In this document: one piece after another, positions 18,752 to 27,491 of the stretch
Layout: every line of letters begins with the position of its first letter
How positions within the stretch are numbered: position 1 is the stretch's first letter
From: a virus
Taxonomy: Duplodnaviria; Caudoviricetes
DNA length: 45,823 nucleotides
Direction: 5' to 3' (one strand)
IMG/VR virus record: IMGVR_UViG_3300022852_000153
Location: 1-45,823 of that record
Notes under the pieces: generated by a model
The model's input: only the letters and a program-made list of their open reading frames with translations
The model's database searches: none
What the model was told of the DNA's origin: nothing
Translations under genes and position numbers: made by a program

Positions 18752-19032
18752 TCGGCGGCCTCTCGAAGGGCGGCGCGAACCTTATCTGCCCCGGCCTTGT
18801 GATGCACCTTAACGCCTCGCTCGCGAGCGAGTGCGTGGAGGGCGTCACCATCCAGGCTATCCAGATCGACGTCCTTGTTGTCAGCGACAGGCAATACGAC
18901 TTCCAAGGGACGGGCAGCCGCCATGTCTCGGGTCAGGTAGGTGCCCTTTCCTAGACGCCGCAGTAGCTCGGCATCGCGAGCAGACAGCATCCGCTCTCGC
19001 CCGTTCTTGTAGGTGAAGATCACTTTTTGCAT
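18748..19032 (-). CDS. Small head-associated protein with C-terminal HeH/Rho-N-like helical motif
   Basis: Between capsid and portal; LDSLDGDALHALARERGVKVHHKAGADKVRAAL. Confidence 0.55.
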   Translation of the reverse strand: MQKVIFTYKNGRERMLSARDAELLRRLGKGTYLTRDMAAARPLEVVLPVADNKDVDLDSLDGDALHALARERGVKVHHKAGADKVRAALREAAE

Positions 19033-19053
19033 GTCAATCCTTTCGTCTTGCAG

Positions 19054-19079
19054 AAGGGGCCTCCCTTCGGAAGCCCCTT
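19054..19079 (-). terminator. Hairpin downstream of the major capsid gene
   Basis: AAGGGGC...GCCCCTT inverted repeat 16 nt after the capsid stop; weak U-tract. Confidence 0.45.
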
Positions 19080-19094
19080 GAACCTGACGACCTA

Positions 19095-20492
19095 TTAGGC
19101 GCAGGGGTTCCAGTTCGCGTTCGCCCAGACGACCGCTTGCGGGCGGCGCTTGGCGAAGTTGATGAAGCGTTCGACCAGGAAGGCCACGCTGTTGGTCTGG
19201 AACATCGACACCACTTGAGCTGCGGTGGGCGTGGTGCTGTTCATGGTAGGCGCGTCGTCCATCACCAGGGAGGCCTGGTCCGACATCGACACCTGCACGC
19301 CGCCTTCGTCACCGAGGAAGATCTCGTCGCCCTTGATCAGCATCACCACCGAACCGCTCGAATCGGTCGGGATGTACTGGGACGTGAAGACCGGCAGGCC
19401 CATGAACGTGCCGCCCGTGGGCGTGACGCCCGGGAAGGCAGGGGCGCCCATGGCGTTGACCGCCGACGACAGGTCGATAGCGACGGTTTCCGGCATGACC
19501 CAGAAGGCACCAGCCACGCTCAGGTTGTCGCCAACCAGCTCCTTCAGCATGGCCGCGGCGTCGCAGCGGATGCCTTCGACGCTGCCGTCACCGGTCAGCG
19601 TCAGGGGCGTCACACCGTTGCGAATGCCAGCCGGAGTCGACCCGGCCACGGCAGCCGAGGCGCTCACGAAGGTGCCGTCAATCGCGGCGTTGACCGAGCG
19701 GGCCAGTTCATCACGGATCAGCGCGTCCGCAGCCACCGAAGCCCGGTTCAGGAGTTCCTTCGTGGCTGCGGCGATTGCCGCGACCTTCAGGGGTTCCAGC
19801 TTGGTCTTCGTGTAGGTCCACTGCGTCAGGGGCTTGGCAGCACCTTCAGCGGTCCACTTGGCCGCGCCAGCCGAACCCTGGATCATTACCGGGGTATCGA
19901 AGGGCAGGCGGCGCAGGCGGTCGCTGATCTGGCCGACCACGGAACGAGCGCGCAGGTATTCCACGAAGTCGGCGAAGTAGCCACCACCTTCGAGGATGAG
20001 GTTGCCCGCCCACGTGGCGTTGCCGCTGTTGGCTGCGGGCACCGCGGCCTTCGTGAACGACTTGACCAGGGCTTCGTCGTCCGGGTAGATCGACTTGGCG
20101 ATTTGAGCCGGGTCCATGTGCTCGATGTGGGCGATAGCCTTCACACGGGCCACACGGGCAAAGCCCATGCCCGGTTCCAGCTTTTCCGTGTTCTTCACCT
20201 GCACAGCAAGGCGGTCGGCGCCGCCCAGGGCGATCTTCTCCGACTTTTCCTTGCCGTCGACGGGCTTCGCGGACGCCTTGTCGGCCTTTTCGATTTCGGC
20301 CAGGCGGGAATAGCGGGAGATGTCGTCGTCCAGCCGCTTGATCTCGCCTTGCAGCGTGTCGAATTGCTCGGCCTCGCCCGAATCCATGGAACGGGATTCG
20401 TCAGCAGCCTTTCGGGCAATGGATTTCGATTCTTCGACCTTGGCGGTTCGGGTGGCCTGCAGGTCGGCAACTTGTTCAGCAAACGTCTTCAT
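19095..20492 (-). CDS. Major capsid protein, HK97 fold with N-terminal delta domain
   Basis: ATG 20492 with AAGGAG RBS; coiled-coil N-terminus; WTAEGAAKP, KVAAIAAATKELL, MFQTNSVAFLVER motifs. Confidence 0.95.
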   Translation of the reverse strand: MKTFAEQVADLQATRTAKVEESKSIARKAADESRSMDSGEAEQFDTLQGEIKRLDDDISRYSRLAEIEKADKASAKPVDGKEKSEKIALGGADRLAVQVKNTEKLEPGMGFARVARVKAIAHIEHMDPAQIAKSIYPDDEALVKSFTKAAVPAANSGNATWAGNLILEGGGYFADFVEYLRARSVVGQISDRLRRLPFDTPVMIQGSAGAAKWTAEGAAKPLTQWTYTKTKLEPLKVAAIAAATKELLNRASVAADALIRDELARSVNAAIDGTFVSASAAVAGSTPAGIRNGVTPLTLTGDGSVEGIRCDAAAMLKELVGDNLSVAGAFWVMPETVAIDLSSAVNAMGAPAFPGVTPTGGTFMGLPVFTSQYIPTDSSGSVVMLIKGDEIFLGDEGGVQVSMSDQASLVMDDAPTMNSTTPTAAQVVSMFQTNSVAFLVERFINFAKRRPQAVVWANANWNPCA

Positions 20493-20513
20493 GACGTCTC
20501 CTTCAAATGAAAA

Positions 20514-20563
20514 AACCGCCACGTGGGCGGTTCAGATGTCAGAAAGCCGCCTCGTGGGCGGCT
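20514..20563. repeat. Two tandem near-identical GC-rich hairpins upstream of the capsid RBS
   Basis: AACCGCCACGTGGGCGGTT (20514-20532) and AGCCGCCTCGTGGGCGGCT (20545-20563), each followed by T-runs on the minus strand. Confidence 0.75.
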
Positions 20564-20617
20564 CGTTTAGGGCTGATCAGTGCGGCCGGCGTGCAACGGC
20601 TGGCGGCGGATCAAAAG

Positions 20618-21172
20618 TTAGGCGCGGACCAGTCGGACGGCGCCGTTAAGATTTTCGGATGGAGTGGTGCTCTTAATGAGCGACACCGGGCGAGCAATCA
20701 GAATGCGCCGGTCCAACGACTTGATCGCCTGGATGGTCGCGGAGGCATTGGCCGGCACGGTAACAGCGCTCAACTCGTAGATTTCGTACTCGCGGAAGCG
20801 GATTCCGCCTTCGCTCATGTAGTCGAAAGCAGTCGGGTTGAAACCGATAGACGTACCCTTGACCAAGCGCGCCTTGATGGCTTGCCACGCCATATCCACG
20901 ATGTCCTTCAACGGACCGGGCTCAGCGATCTTCGCGATGCTCGCGACAAATCCAATGCCGGACTTGGTAGGCGCGCTCAGGCGGGCCTCGCCAATGGGCA
21001 TATCGTGACGGTGCTGCCAGAGCAGCGGGATAACCGGCGCAAATTTGGCTCCCAGCGGCTCGACAATGTCCCCGCTGCGGTCCGGCTCAGGAGTCGTGGC
21101 GACGCCGGAGATCTCGCGCTTATCCTCGTCAATTGCCTTGATTTCAAGCAGGCTATAGGCTCGATTCGTCAT
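20618..21172 (-). CDS. Prohead maturation protease, HK97 family
   Basis: GVATTPEPDRSGDIV, PLLWQHRHDMPIG, GTSIGF, YELSAVTVPAN. Confidence 0.92.
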   Translation of the reverse strand: MTNRAYSLLEIKAIDEDKREISGVATTPEPDRSGDIVEPLGAKFAPVIPLLWQHRHDMPIGEARLSAPTKSGIGFVASIAKIAEPGPLKDIVDMAWQAIKARLVKGTSIGFNPTAFDYMSEGGIRFREYEIYELSAVTVPANASATIQAIKSLDRRILIARPVSLIKSTTPSENLNGAVRLVRA

Positions 21173-21291
21173 TTTTTGGATTCCTCCATCTTCGCGAGGC
21201 GAGCCTTAGCCTTCTCGCACATCCTTGTCATGCCGCGCCGACATAACCACGCGACCAGCTTCCGTTGACGGTTGATGCAGCCTTGGCACAT
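21169..21291 (-). CDS. Small 40-aa Cys/Arg-rich protein between terL and protease (not in ORF track)
   Basis: MCQGCINRQRKLVAWLCRRGMTRMCEKAKARLAKMEESKK; fills the gap, starting just after the terL stop and overlapping the protease start (ATGA). Confidence 0.6.
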   Translation of the reverse strand: MCQGCINRQRKLVAWLCRRGMTRMCEKAKARLAKMEESKK

Positions 21292-21292
21292 G

Positions 21293-23131
21293 TCAGCCTG
21301 CCGTTGCTAGGACCAGCTTGCGCTTCGAGGTGGCTGCCGTATTCGCGGCGCCGAATGCCATGCAAAGGGCTACCGCGGCGTCGATCTTGTTGATCGACCG
21401 CGTTTTAGCCAGCCAGTGATTTCCCCATTTGTCTTCTTCGGTGACCGCCGACATCATGGCGGAGATCAGCACCGGGTTCCGCTTAAGACGGATCCGGCCT
21501 TCCAGCAGCGCGTCCTCCAGCAAACGAAGCGACCCGGGCATCCAAAGGCCTTCCGCCTTCTCACCTCTCGCTTCGGCCGCCTTCTTCATTTCCTCAGTCG
21601 GCTGACCCTTCTTTGTGCCGCCCTGCGGATGTTCCAGGAATTCCAGCTGCAAGCCGATCTCCTGAACCGCCTCTTCAAACCGTTTGAATGCGTACCTGTC
21701 ATATGCCACGAAGGGCAATTTGAACCGTTGCGCATCCTCGGCAAGCGCTTGCGCCACATGCCGATAGTTGATGTTCTCGCCCTGTGGTGCGTGAATGAAC
21801 CCCTGATCGCGCCACACGGTGTAGGGGATCTTGTCCCGCAACTCGCGGGCAAGGATCGTATCTCCCGGCGTCCAGGCCTCAACCCAGGCATCAAACGTTG
21901 GCTTGCCGTCCTCGGTCATCCCCGTTTGGACCACAGAGGCCTTCGCGGTAATGTCCCGATTCTGAGACAGGTCCAGCCCGGTAAACACCGCTTTGCCTAC
22001 ATGCTCTTCCGGTTCGAAATCGGCAAGCGCCGGGTCCAACGTGGCCCGCGTCATCCAGGCGGTTTCTGCTTCGGTCCACACGCAGAAATGCAGTCGCAGG
22101 ATTCCGTTAAGCTGCCCGGGAATCGCCTTCGCCTGGTGGACAATATCGCCAAGCGTTTCATCGGTGATCGTCACCCCAAGTAGGGGATTCGCCTTAATCC
22201 AGCAACTCGGATCGCGTAGCGGGTCGTCCCCTTCGTCCAGCGCGCACACGTAGCTGAACGTCCGGTCGTCAATGACCTCCCCGACGAAAGTCGGGTCGTT
22301 CACGGCTTCCGTATGCCCCGCGGCAACCTTCACCGCATGCTCGTGCTCTTCCCACGCCACCGAGTTCCGGTCTGACCCGCTGTTCGTGATCATGAACAGC
22401 AGCGGCTGCCGGCGGAACTTAAAGCCTCGCTCCAGCATCTCGATGATCTTGCGGTCCGGCAGCTCATGGACTTCATCGGCCAGCACAAAGTACGGGCGAG
22501 GTCCCGATCCAGTCTTGCCGGTATCGCGTGACACTGGCCGGAAGAAGCTCGAATTCCGGTGGTAGGCGATGTTGTATTCACGCCCTTCACCGCCCGAGAA
22601 CTCCAGGCGCTTCTTCAGGCTGGGCGACGCCTTCACCATCTTCACGGCATCAGCAAACAGAATTCCGGCCTGCTCTTTCTTTGCCGCGGCGGCGTAGATC
22701 TGGGCACCGGCCTCACCGTCAGCGGTAAGACCAAGCAACCCTATTCCACCCGCCAACGGCGACTTACCGTTGCCTTTCCCCTGCTCGATGTAGGCGCGAC
22801 GGAAACGCCTCGTCCCATCAGCCCGCTTCCAACCGAACAGCGACCCGACGATAAACGCCTGGCTGGGATGAAGCTCGAAATCCTTGCCTTCGAACTGGCC
22901 TTCTGACAGCTTAAGCACGCCCTCGAAGAAATCGAATGCGTACTCGGCGGCGGCGTGGTCGAAGTACAGCCCGCGCTCTCCGCCCTTCTCCAGATCCAAC
23001 AAATGCCGCTTGCAGCTGTTGCGCACATGGGGGCCAGCAACGATCACCCCAGCCACTACAGCCTCTGCGTACTCCTTAGTGCGGTCGGCCAAAGAACTTG
23101 TCAGCGGGGTCTTCGTCTTCGCCGTCGCCAT
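21293..23131 (-). CDS. terL: Terminase large subunit
   Basis: Walker A GKGNGKS, Walker B VLADEVHE, MITNSG, WIKANPLLG, GLDLS, KIDAAVAL. Confidence 0.96.
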   Translation of the reverse strand: MATAKTKTPLTSSLADRTKEYAEAVVAGVIVAGPHVRNSCKRHLLDLEKGGERGLYFDHAAAEYAFDFFEGVLKLSEGQFEGKDFELHPSQAFIVGSLFGWKRADGTRRFRRAYIEQGKGNGKSPLAGGIGLLGLTADGEAGAQIYAAAAKKEQAGILFADAVKMVKASPSLKKRLEFSGGEGREYNIAYHRNSSFFRPVSRDTGKTGSGPRPYFVLADEVHELPDRKIIEMLERGFKFRRQPLLFMITNSGSDRNSVAWEEHEHAVKVAAGHTEAVNDPTFVGEVIDDRTFSYVCALDEGDDPLRDPSCWIKANPLLGVTITDETLGDIVHQAKAIPGQLNGILRLHFCVWTEAETAWMTRATLDPALADFEPEEHVGKAVFTGLDLSQNRDITAKASVVQTGMTEDGKPTFDAWVEAWTPGDTILARELRDKIPYTVWRDQGFIHAPQGENINYRHVAQALAEDAQRFKLPFVAYDRYAFKRFEEAVQEIGLQLEFLEHPQGGTKKGQPTEEMKKAAEARGEKAEGLWMPGSLRLLEDALLEGRIRLKRNPVLISAMMSAVTEEDKWGNHWLAKTRSINKIDAAVALCMAFGAANTAATSKRKLVLATAG

Positions 23132-23465
23132 GGTTCACTTTGGTCTCGTCAACAGGAGTCGCGCCCAGCTTCGACAGAATCGAACTGAGCGCCTGTGTTG
23201 CCGAAACTCCGAAATCGTCGTCCTCATCCATACGAGCCGCCAACCGGCAAGCCATCCGAACCAACAAGCGATGAGAACTGTTCAGCCAGGGGAGTTCCTG
23301 CCGGAATTCCTCCCACGCGGCTTTCTGTCCATCAGTCATCGTGGCGTACGGCTCACCGAGCGGGCGGGTGCGCTTCGGCCCCACCCGGTCCTTGAACCTG
23401 CCGGGGTGAATCACTGCCGCGCCTGCGGTTTCAGCCTTAGCCAGAGGCGTTCTTGCCCTGGGCAT
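23076..23465 (-). CDS. terS: Terminase small subunit
   Basis: Directly upstream of and overlapping terL; MPRARTP...HPGRF...LSKLGATP pattern. Confidence 0.8.
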   Translation of the reverse strand: MPRARTPLAKAETAGAAVIHPGRFKDRVGPKRTRPLGEPYATMTDGQKAAWEEFRQELPWLNSSHRLLVRMACRLAARMDEDDDFGVSATQALSSILSKLGATPVDETKVNHGDGEDEDPADKFFGRPH

Positions 23466-23561
23466 TAGGGTCGTCCCTTGAATTGGAGATGTGAAAAAGA
23501 AGGTGAGCGGCCGGCCGTGGTCGGGACGGTGGTTTTCCCCGCCGATAGCCCCCCCGGGGTT
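23466..23561. other. Candidate cos/packaging region
   Basis: Non-coding gap just upstream of terS with a G-run (CCCCGGGGGGG on minus strand); usual cos position in phages with a terminase-associated HNH. Cut site not determinable. Confidence 0.35.
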
Positions 23562-24407
23562 CTATGCCGCCAGGGGTAGGCCGATCTGCCCCAGAGACCG
23601 CGCTCCCTTCCTGCCATTACAACTGCGGCACGCACAGGCTAGGTTGCCCCATGTGTGCGTACCACCCTCAGCCAACGTCACTATGTGATCCAGCTCTGGG
23701 GCGCGTGGGTCTACGCTGCCCCTCAGCTTCCTTGGGGTTGGGCGTCGGCACATATGGCACCGCCAGCCATCCCTTTCGAATACTGCCAGCGGGTCAACCG
23801 CCTCCGCCTCAGCGCCTCTCTCCATAGCTCGCCGTCTGGCCTTGGCCCGCCGTCTTAGCAGCTTGCCATGCTCGGTGAACCGGTATGCTGCCTTCGCCGT
23901 CCTAATGCAGACATCACACAAAGTCTTTGGTCTGCCCACACGTGTAGTACGGCGAACGGTAAAGCTCTGGTCGCACTGCTTGCATATCGAGCGGTATACC
24001 AACGGGCATTCTTTGTAGGCTGCAATCCTGCGAAGGGCGGCGACTTCAGCAGCTATATGTAGCTCAGCCTCTGTCTTAGCCCTAGGCCGCCTATTAAGCG
24101 CCCATATCCTGCGGATAGCTGCACGCTCTTGGGATATCAACGTATCCCTGGCGAACGCACATCCGCGGCAGCAGTACTTCCCAGCATCAGACGCACCACC
24201 ACGCACTCGCCTGTACTTCTCTGTGAAGCAGTGCTGGCATACGACCAGCTTAGGCTTATGCGGCGTGCGCTGCCTTTCACGCTTGGGCTTGCACTCAGCG
24301 CCGCAGTACTTCCGGGGATGTTTGCTTACCTTCCCCGTCTTGGTCAGATTGGGAAAGATTGCAGCCGCGCAACCCAGACACCTATAATTCAACTCAGCCA
24401 AGGCCAA
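23562..24407 (-). CDS. HNH endonuclease with several N-terminal Cys-rich Zn-binding motifs
   Basis: VFERDGWRCHMC...ELDHIVTLAEGGTHTWGNLACACRSCNGRKG; repeated CxxC and KYC motifs. Confidence 0.85.
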   Translation of the reverse strand: MALAELNYRCLGCAAAIFPNLTKTGKVSKHPRKYCGAECKPKRERQRTPHKPKLVVCQHCFTEKYRRVRGGASDAGKYCCRGCAFARDTLISQERAAIRRIWALNRRPRAKTEAELHIAAEVAALRRIAAYKECPLVYRSICKQCDQSFTVRRTTRVGRPKTLCDVCIRTAKAAYRFTEHGKLLRRRAKARRRAMERGAEAEAVDPLAVFERDGWRCHMCRRPTPRKLRGSVDPRAPELDHIVTLAEGGTHTWGNLACACRSCNGRKGARSLGQIGLPLAA

Positions 24408-24479
24408 CTCCTATCGTTGGTTCAAAGCAAGAAGCCCCTGCACCGCGCTAACGGTCAGGGGCTTCGTCATTCCGTACTC

Positions 24480-24770
24480 TTAGCTCTCTATCGGGTAGCC
24501 GTCCGTACCTATCTGGACTATTCGACGTCCAGACTTTTCCATTCGTTGTTTGTCAGAGTTATGGTGATTGGCGCATAGACTCTGAAAGGGGCCGGCCCAA
24601 AATTTGACCGAATCGCCCTTGTGCGGCTCGATGTGATCGCACACCGTTGCCTCTGTCACTCTTCCCTCTGCCTGGCACATCACACAGAGGGGATTCGCTG
24701 TTAGGTGGCGTTCCCTTAGCTTCTGCCAGCGCCAGGTCTTGTACCAAGCGCTCCAGGGCTGGCTGCTCAT
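24480..24770 (-). CDS. Terminase-associated HNH nuclease (HK97 gp74-like)
   Basis: RWQKLRERHLTANPLCVMC...ATVCDHIEPHKGD...QSLCANHHNSDK...DGYP. Confidence 0.88.
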   Translation of the reverse strand: MSSQPWSAWYKTWRWQKLRERHLTANPLCVMCQAEGRVTEATVCDHIEPHKGDSVKFWAGPFQSLCANHHNSDKQRMEKSGRRIVQIGTDGYPIES

Positions 24771-24967
24771 AGCGGCTGGGAATCGTCCCGCTCTCCGCCT
24801 ACTGCCTCGCCATCCAGTGTGAGTGCCGGCCTCTCCATCTCTTCGCCTTCATCTGCCAGAGCTTCAAGCAGCGCGTCTAGCTTGGCTTCTATGCGATCAA
24901 GCTGTGTGGGGCGCGGTCCAGTCCAATCGGGCGGGGGAGCGGGAGCTTTCGAATCAGGTGGATTCAT
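24767..24967 (-). CDS. Hypothetical protein, first gene of the late operon
   Basis: QLDRIEAKLDALLEALADE coiled coil; stop overlaps HNH start; start uncertain. Confidence 0.55.
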   Translation of the reverse strand: MNPPDSKAPAPPPDWTGPRPTQLDRIEAKLDALLEALADEGEEMERPALTLDGEAVGGERDDSQPL

Positions 24968-24982
24968 CTGGCAGATCCAAAG

Positions 24983-25011
24983 CAAAAAGCCCCGGCGAGT
25001 GCCGAGGCTTC
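24983..25011 (-). terminator. tR'-like terminator
   Basis: Minus strand AAGCCTCGGC-ACTC-GCCGGGGCTTTTTG, shortly downstream of the pR'-like promoter. Confidence 0.7.
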
Positions 25012-25045
25012 GTTTCCTATGGACGAGCGCCGTCCACTTGGAGCG

Positions 25046-25074
25046 ATCTTAGTGAGCTAGGTCCGCGTATGCAA
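25046..25074 (-). promoter_or_regulatory. Late promoter (pR'-like)
   Basis: TTGCAT-17 bp-TAAGAT right after the Q-like stop and before a terminator, as in lambda. Confidence 0.7.
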
Positions 25075-25078
25075 CCCC

Positions 25079-25612
25079 TCACGCAATCACCTTGATCATG
25101 TCTCGCTTGCGCAACATGGGCAGCAGCGATTCCTTTGCCTGCTGGTACCGCTGGTGCTGTTCCTCGGGGCTGCAACGCGGGTTGCGGAATACCTGATTCG
25201 GCACATCCTTGTTGCGCATGCTGATCCCGACAGCGGCGCGCAGGTCAACCGGCAGCGTACTCAGGCACACGTCCACCTGTTCCGCCACATACCGGTTCAG
25301 CTTCGCGTCGGTGTCGTCGTCATCTCCGTAGGCGTCCATGTCGGACACGCCTTGGAATCCCGGCGCCACCCGGCTATGCCCCAGATGCTCCCGGTGCGCC
25401 TTGGCCCAGTGGTACCAGGTCATGAGCAGTTCTTCCAGTTGTTCGCTTTCGTCTTTCGTCATGTGATCCTCGCTGAATAGCTGCTCCAATCCTTGTCTTG
25501 CAATCTCCTGCCGACTGAGCCGGGGCTTCTGTGGTCGACGTCGGAGTTCTTCCAGCCGCTCGCACACCAAGGCCGGGTCGCCCATCGCCCACTTCGGCAG
25601 GAGCGCGCCCAT
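25079..25612 (-). CDS. Late antiterminator (Q-like); internal start likely at 25462
   Basis: LEELLMTWYHW...VAEQVDVCLSTLP pattern; last gene before pR'/tR'; GAGGA RBS before ATG 25462. Confidence 0.6.
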   Translation of the reverse strand: MGALLPKWAMGDPALVCERLEELRRRPQKPRLSRQEIARQGLEQLFSEDHMTKDESEQLEELLMTWYHWAKAHREHLGHSRVAPGFQGVSDMDAYGDDDDTDAKLNRYVAEQVDVCLSTLPVDLRAAVGISMRNKDVPNQVFRNPRCSPEEQHQRYQQAKESLLPMLRKRDMIKVIA

Positions 25613-25971
25613 TACGCAAACTCCGGGCTGTACTGAACCTTGCTGGACATACTGACCGGGCTAGGCATACGCATAGCCTGCAGCCTCGCCGCGGCGTTTC
25701 TCATCGTGCTGTCCAAGGTGTAGGGTCGACCACTTGCGAACGCCAGCTTGCCGGGTACTACCTCAGTCGGCTTGAAAGCCACCCAGGCCCGGATCACCAC
25801 CATTGGGTCGCCAGAGTCGAGGCTTGGCTCGATCTGCCGAATGGCGGCGGCAATGCCTTCCGCCCGGCGAGCCGTCTTGTCCAGAATGACGCCGTATTCA
25901 GTCTTCAGGCGTTCAAGGGCTGCGGTGCGCATTTGCTTGTTCGCGTCTTCAATGCTTCTCGGGAGTGCCAT
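25612..25971 (-). CDS. Hypothetical protein
   Basis: AAGGA RBS; stop abuts next start. Confidence 0.6.
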   Translation of the reverse strand: MALPRSIEDANKQMRTAALERLKTEYGVILDKTARRAEGIAAAIRQIEPSLDSGDPMVVIRAWVAFKPTEVVPGKLAFASGRPYTLDSTMRNAAARLQAMRMPSPVSMSSKVQYSPEFA

Positions 25972-26028
25972 GGTTGTCCTTCGGTCAGTCTTTGGTAATC
26001 TCCGCAGAATCTGCGGTGAATAAGGGGG

Positions 26029-26406
26029 CTAATCCCCGCATCCATTGCGGTATTCACTAACGAAGACACGCACCCGTCCGCCCTTGCAGACGACGCCGCG
26101 CTCAATGGAAAGCTTGTCTATTTGGCTGTCGTCTTCAATGACCTGGGCATGTACCAGGCCGTCAAGCAGTCCCTTCATCATGTTGTCCAGGTCTCGGCGG
26201 CGGTTGTCGGGCGGGAAGGCATCGATGTGCACCGACAGCCTCCCCGCCAGCTTGGCGAGTTGGTATCGGCTGGCCTCATCGATCACGGCTTGGCGGTATT
26301 CCCGACCTTTCTCGGAGATCAAGTGACGCCCGGCAAGCTTTCCCTTGGTCGGGTGACGCCAGTAGGTGTTAACGCTGGGCGGGAACGGGAGTTCGAGGAC
26401 GTTCAC
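26029..26406 (-). CDS. rusA: Holliday junction resolvase RusA
   Basis: LPFPPSVNTYWR, PPDNRRRDLDNMMKGLLDGL, IEDDSQI. Confidence 0.93.
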   Translation of the reverse strand: MNVLELPFPPSVNTYWRHPTKGKLAGRHLISEKGREYRQAVIDEASRYQLAKLAGRLSVHIDAFPPDNRRRDLDNMMKGLLDGLVHAQVIEDDSQIDKLSIERGVVCKGGRVRVFVSEYRNGCGD

Positions 26407-27089
26407 AGAACCTCCAGCGTTTCAAGTTCCAACAGGGTGAACTTGCGCCCGAACACAGCGCCCGTGTCTATGTGATGGACGTTCCCCAGTACAACCGGAG
26501 CCTGAACCGGCGTATGACCCACGATGACGGCACGGACGTGAGTTACGCCGCTGCGGTCATCCTCGGAGATCCTGCCACGTGACCACATCGCCACGTCAGC
26601 AATGCGCCCCTTCATACTCGCAGCGACGCTTTCGTCTAGCAGCGTTTCGGCGAAGTCACGCCACGAGTCAAACGGGCAATCCGCGTGGACAATTCCTATA
26701 GCGCCATGAGCCGTATCGATCTCGATAGCAACTGGCAAATTTCCCATCGCTTCAGAGATTGCCATCTGGTCTTCCTTGGGCTGGTCAATGTTCCAACCAC
26801 CTCCGTTGCGTCGGTAGATGTCCTGCTGCATGTTTCCTGCAGGCCATCTGTGCGCCATATCGTCGTGATTGCCCATGACCGCATGAAACCAGGGCTTCGC
26901 CAACCATTGCAGGACTGCTTCGTTCTCAGGCCCGCGGTCAACCAAATCGCCGACAGAGAACAAGCGGTCAACCTCTGGATCAAATCCGATCCGTACCAAC
27001 TCGGCCTGCAATTGGCTGAAGCAGCCGTGAATATCCCCGACGGCAATATCTCTTCCTTGGGTATTGCGCTCAAATCGCTGAAGCATCAT
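26403..27089 (-). CDS. ninI: Ser/Thr protein phosphatase (lambda NinI-like metallophosphoesterase)
   Basis: GDIHG, GDLVDRG, GNHD, HAD, GHTP, IDTGAVF. Confidence 0.92.
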   Translation of the reverse strand: MMLQRFERNTQGRDIAVGDIHGCFSQLQAELVRIGFDPEVDRLFSVGDLVDRGPENEAVLQWLAKPWFHAVMGNHDDMAHRWPAGNMQQDIYRRNGGGWNIDQPKEDQMAISEAMGNLPVAIEIDTAHGAIGIVHADCPFDSWRDFAETLLDESVAASMKGRIADVAMWSRGRISEDDRSGVTHVRAVIVGHTPVQAPVVLGNVHHIDTGAVFGRKFTLLELETLEVL

Positions 27090-27466
27090 GCCGCACCCCC
27101 TACCTGCGCCCGCAAGACGCGGAAAGGATCGAACAGACCGGGCACGTAGCCCGAGCGCAAAGCTGTGATAAGTCGCTCATTAGTCTTGATCTGAGCTTCC
27201 CGCTCCATGCAGCGCAAAACGCGCTCCGGCACTTCCAGATCACGCATGGGCACACAACGGAAGACATTTGCTCTGCGGTTGCCAACACCTCTGACCTCGC
27301 CAGTGCGGATGGCAAAGCCTGCTTCTGCCATACGGCGAACGGTCTTGTTGGCCAGTCCCACATCGAGTTGCAACTCCTCGGCCAGCTCGCGTCCGGTCTT
27401 TGGCCCGTGATCACGCAAGTGCTTGATGACAATCGGACCGTACCTATCCTGTCCTGAGAATTTCAT
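27086..27466 (-). CDS. Winged-helix DNA-binding protein
   Basis: GPKTGRELAEELQLDVGLANKTVRRMAEAG. Confidence 0.65.
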   Translation of the reverse strand: MKFSGQDRYGPIVIKHLRDHGPKTGRELAEELQLDVGLANKTVRRMAEAGFAIRTGEVRGVGNRRANVFRCVPMRDLEVPERVLRCMEREAQIKTNERLITALRSGYVPGLFDPFRVLRAQVGGAA

Positions 27467-27491
27467 GAGTTCCCCCTTAGACCCTGGCCGC

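Noticed and set aside
19137-20510. 457-aa plus-strand ORF opposite the capsid gene
   Set aside because: Antisense shadow of a GC3-rich gene; no motif or RBS. The same applies to other long antisense ORFs such as 11064-11738, 16540-17388 and 21416-22183.
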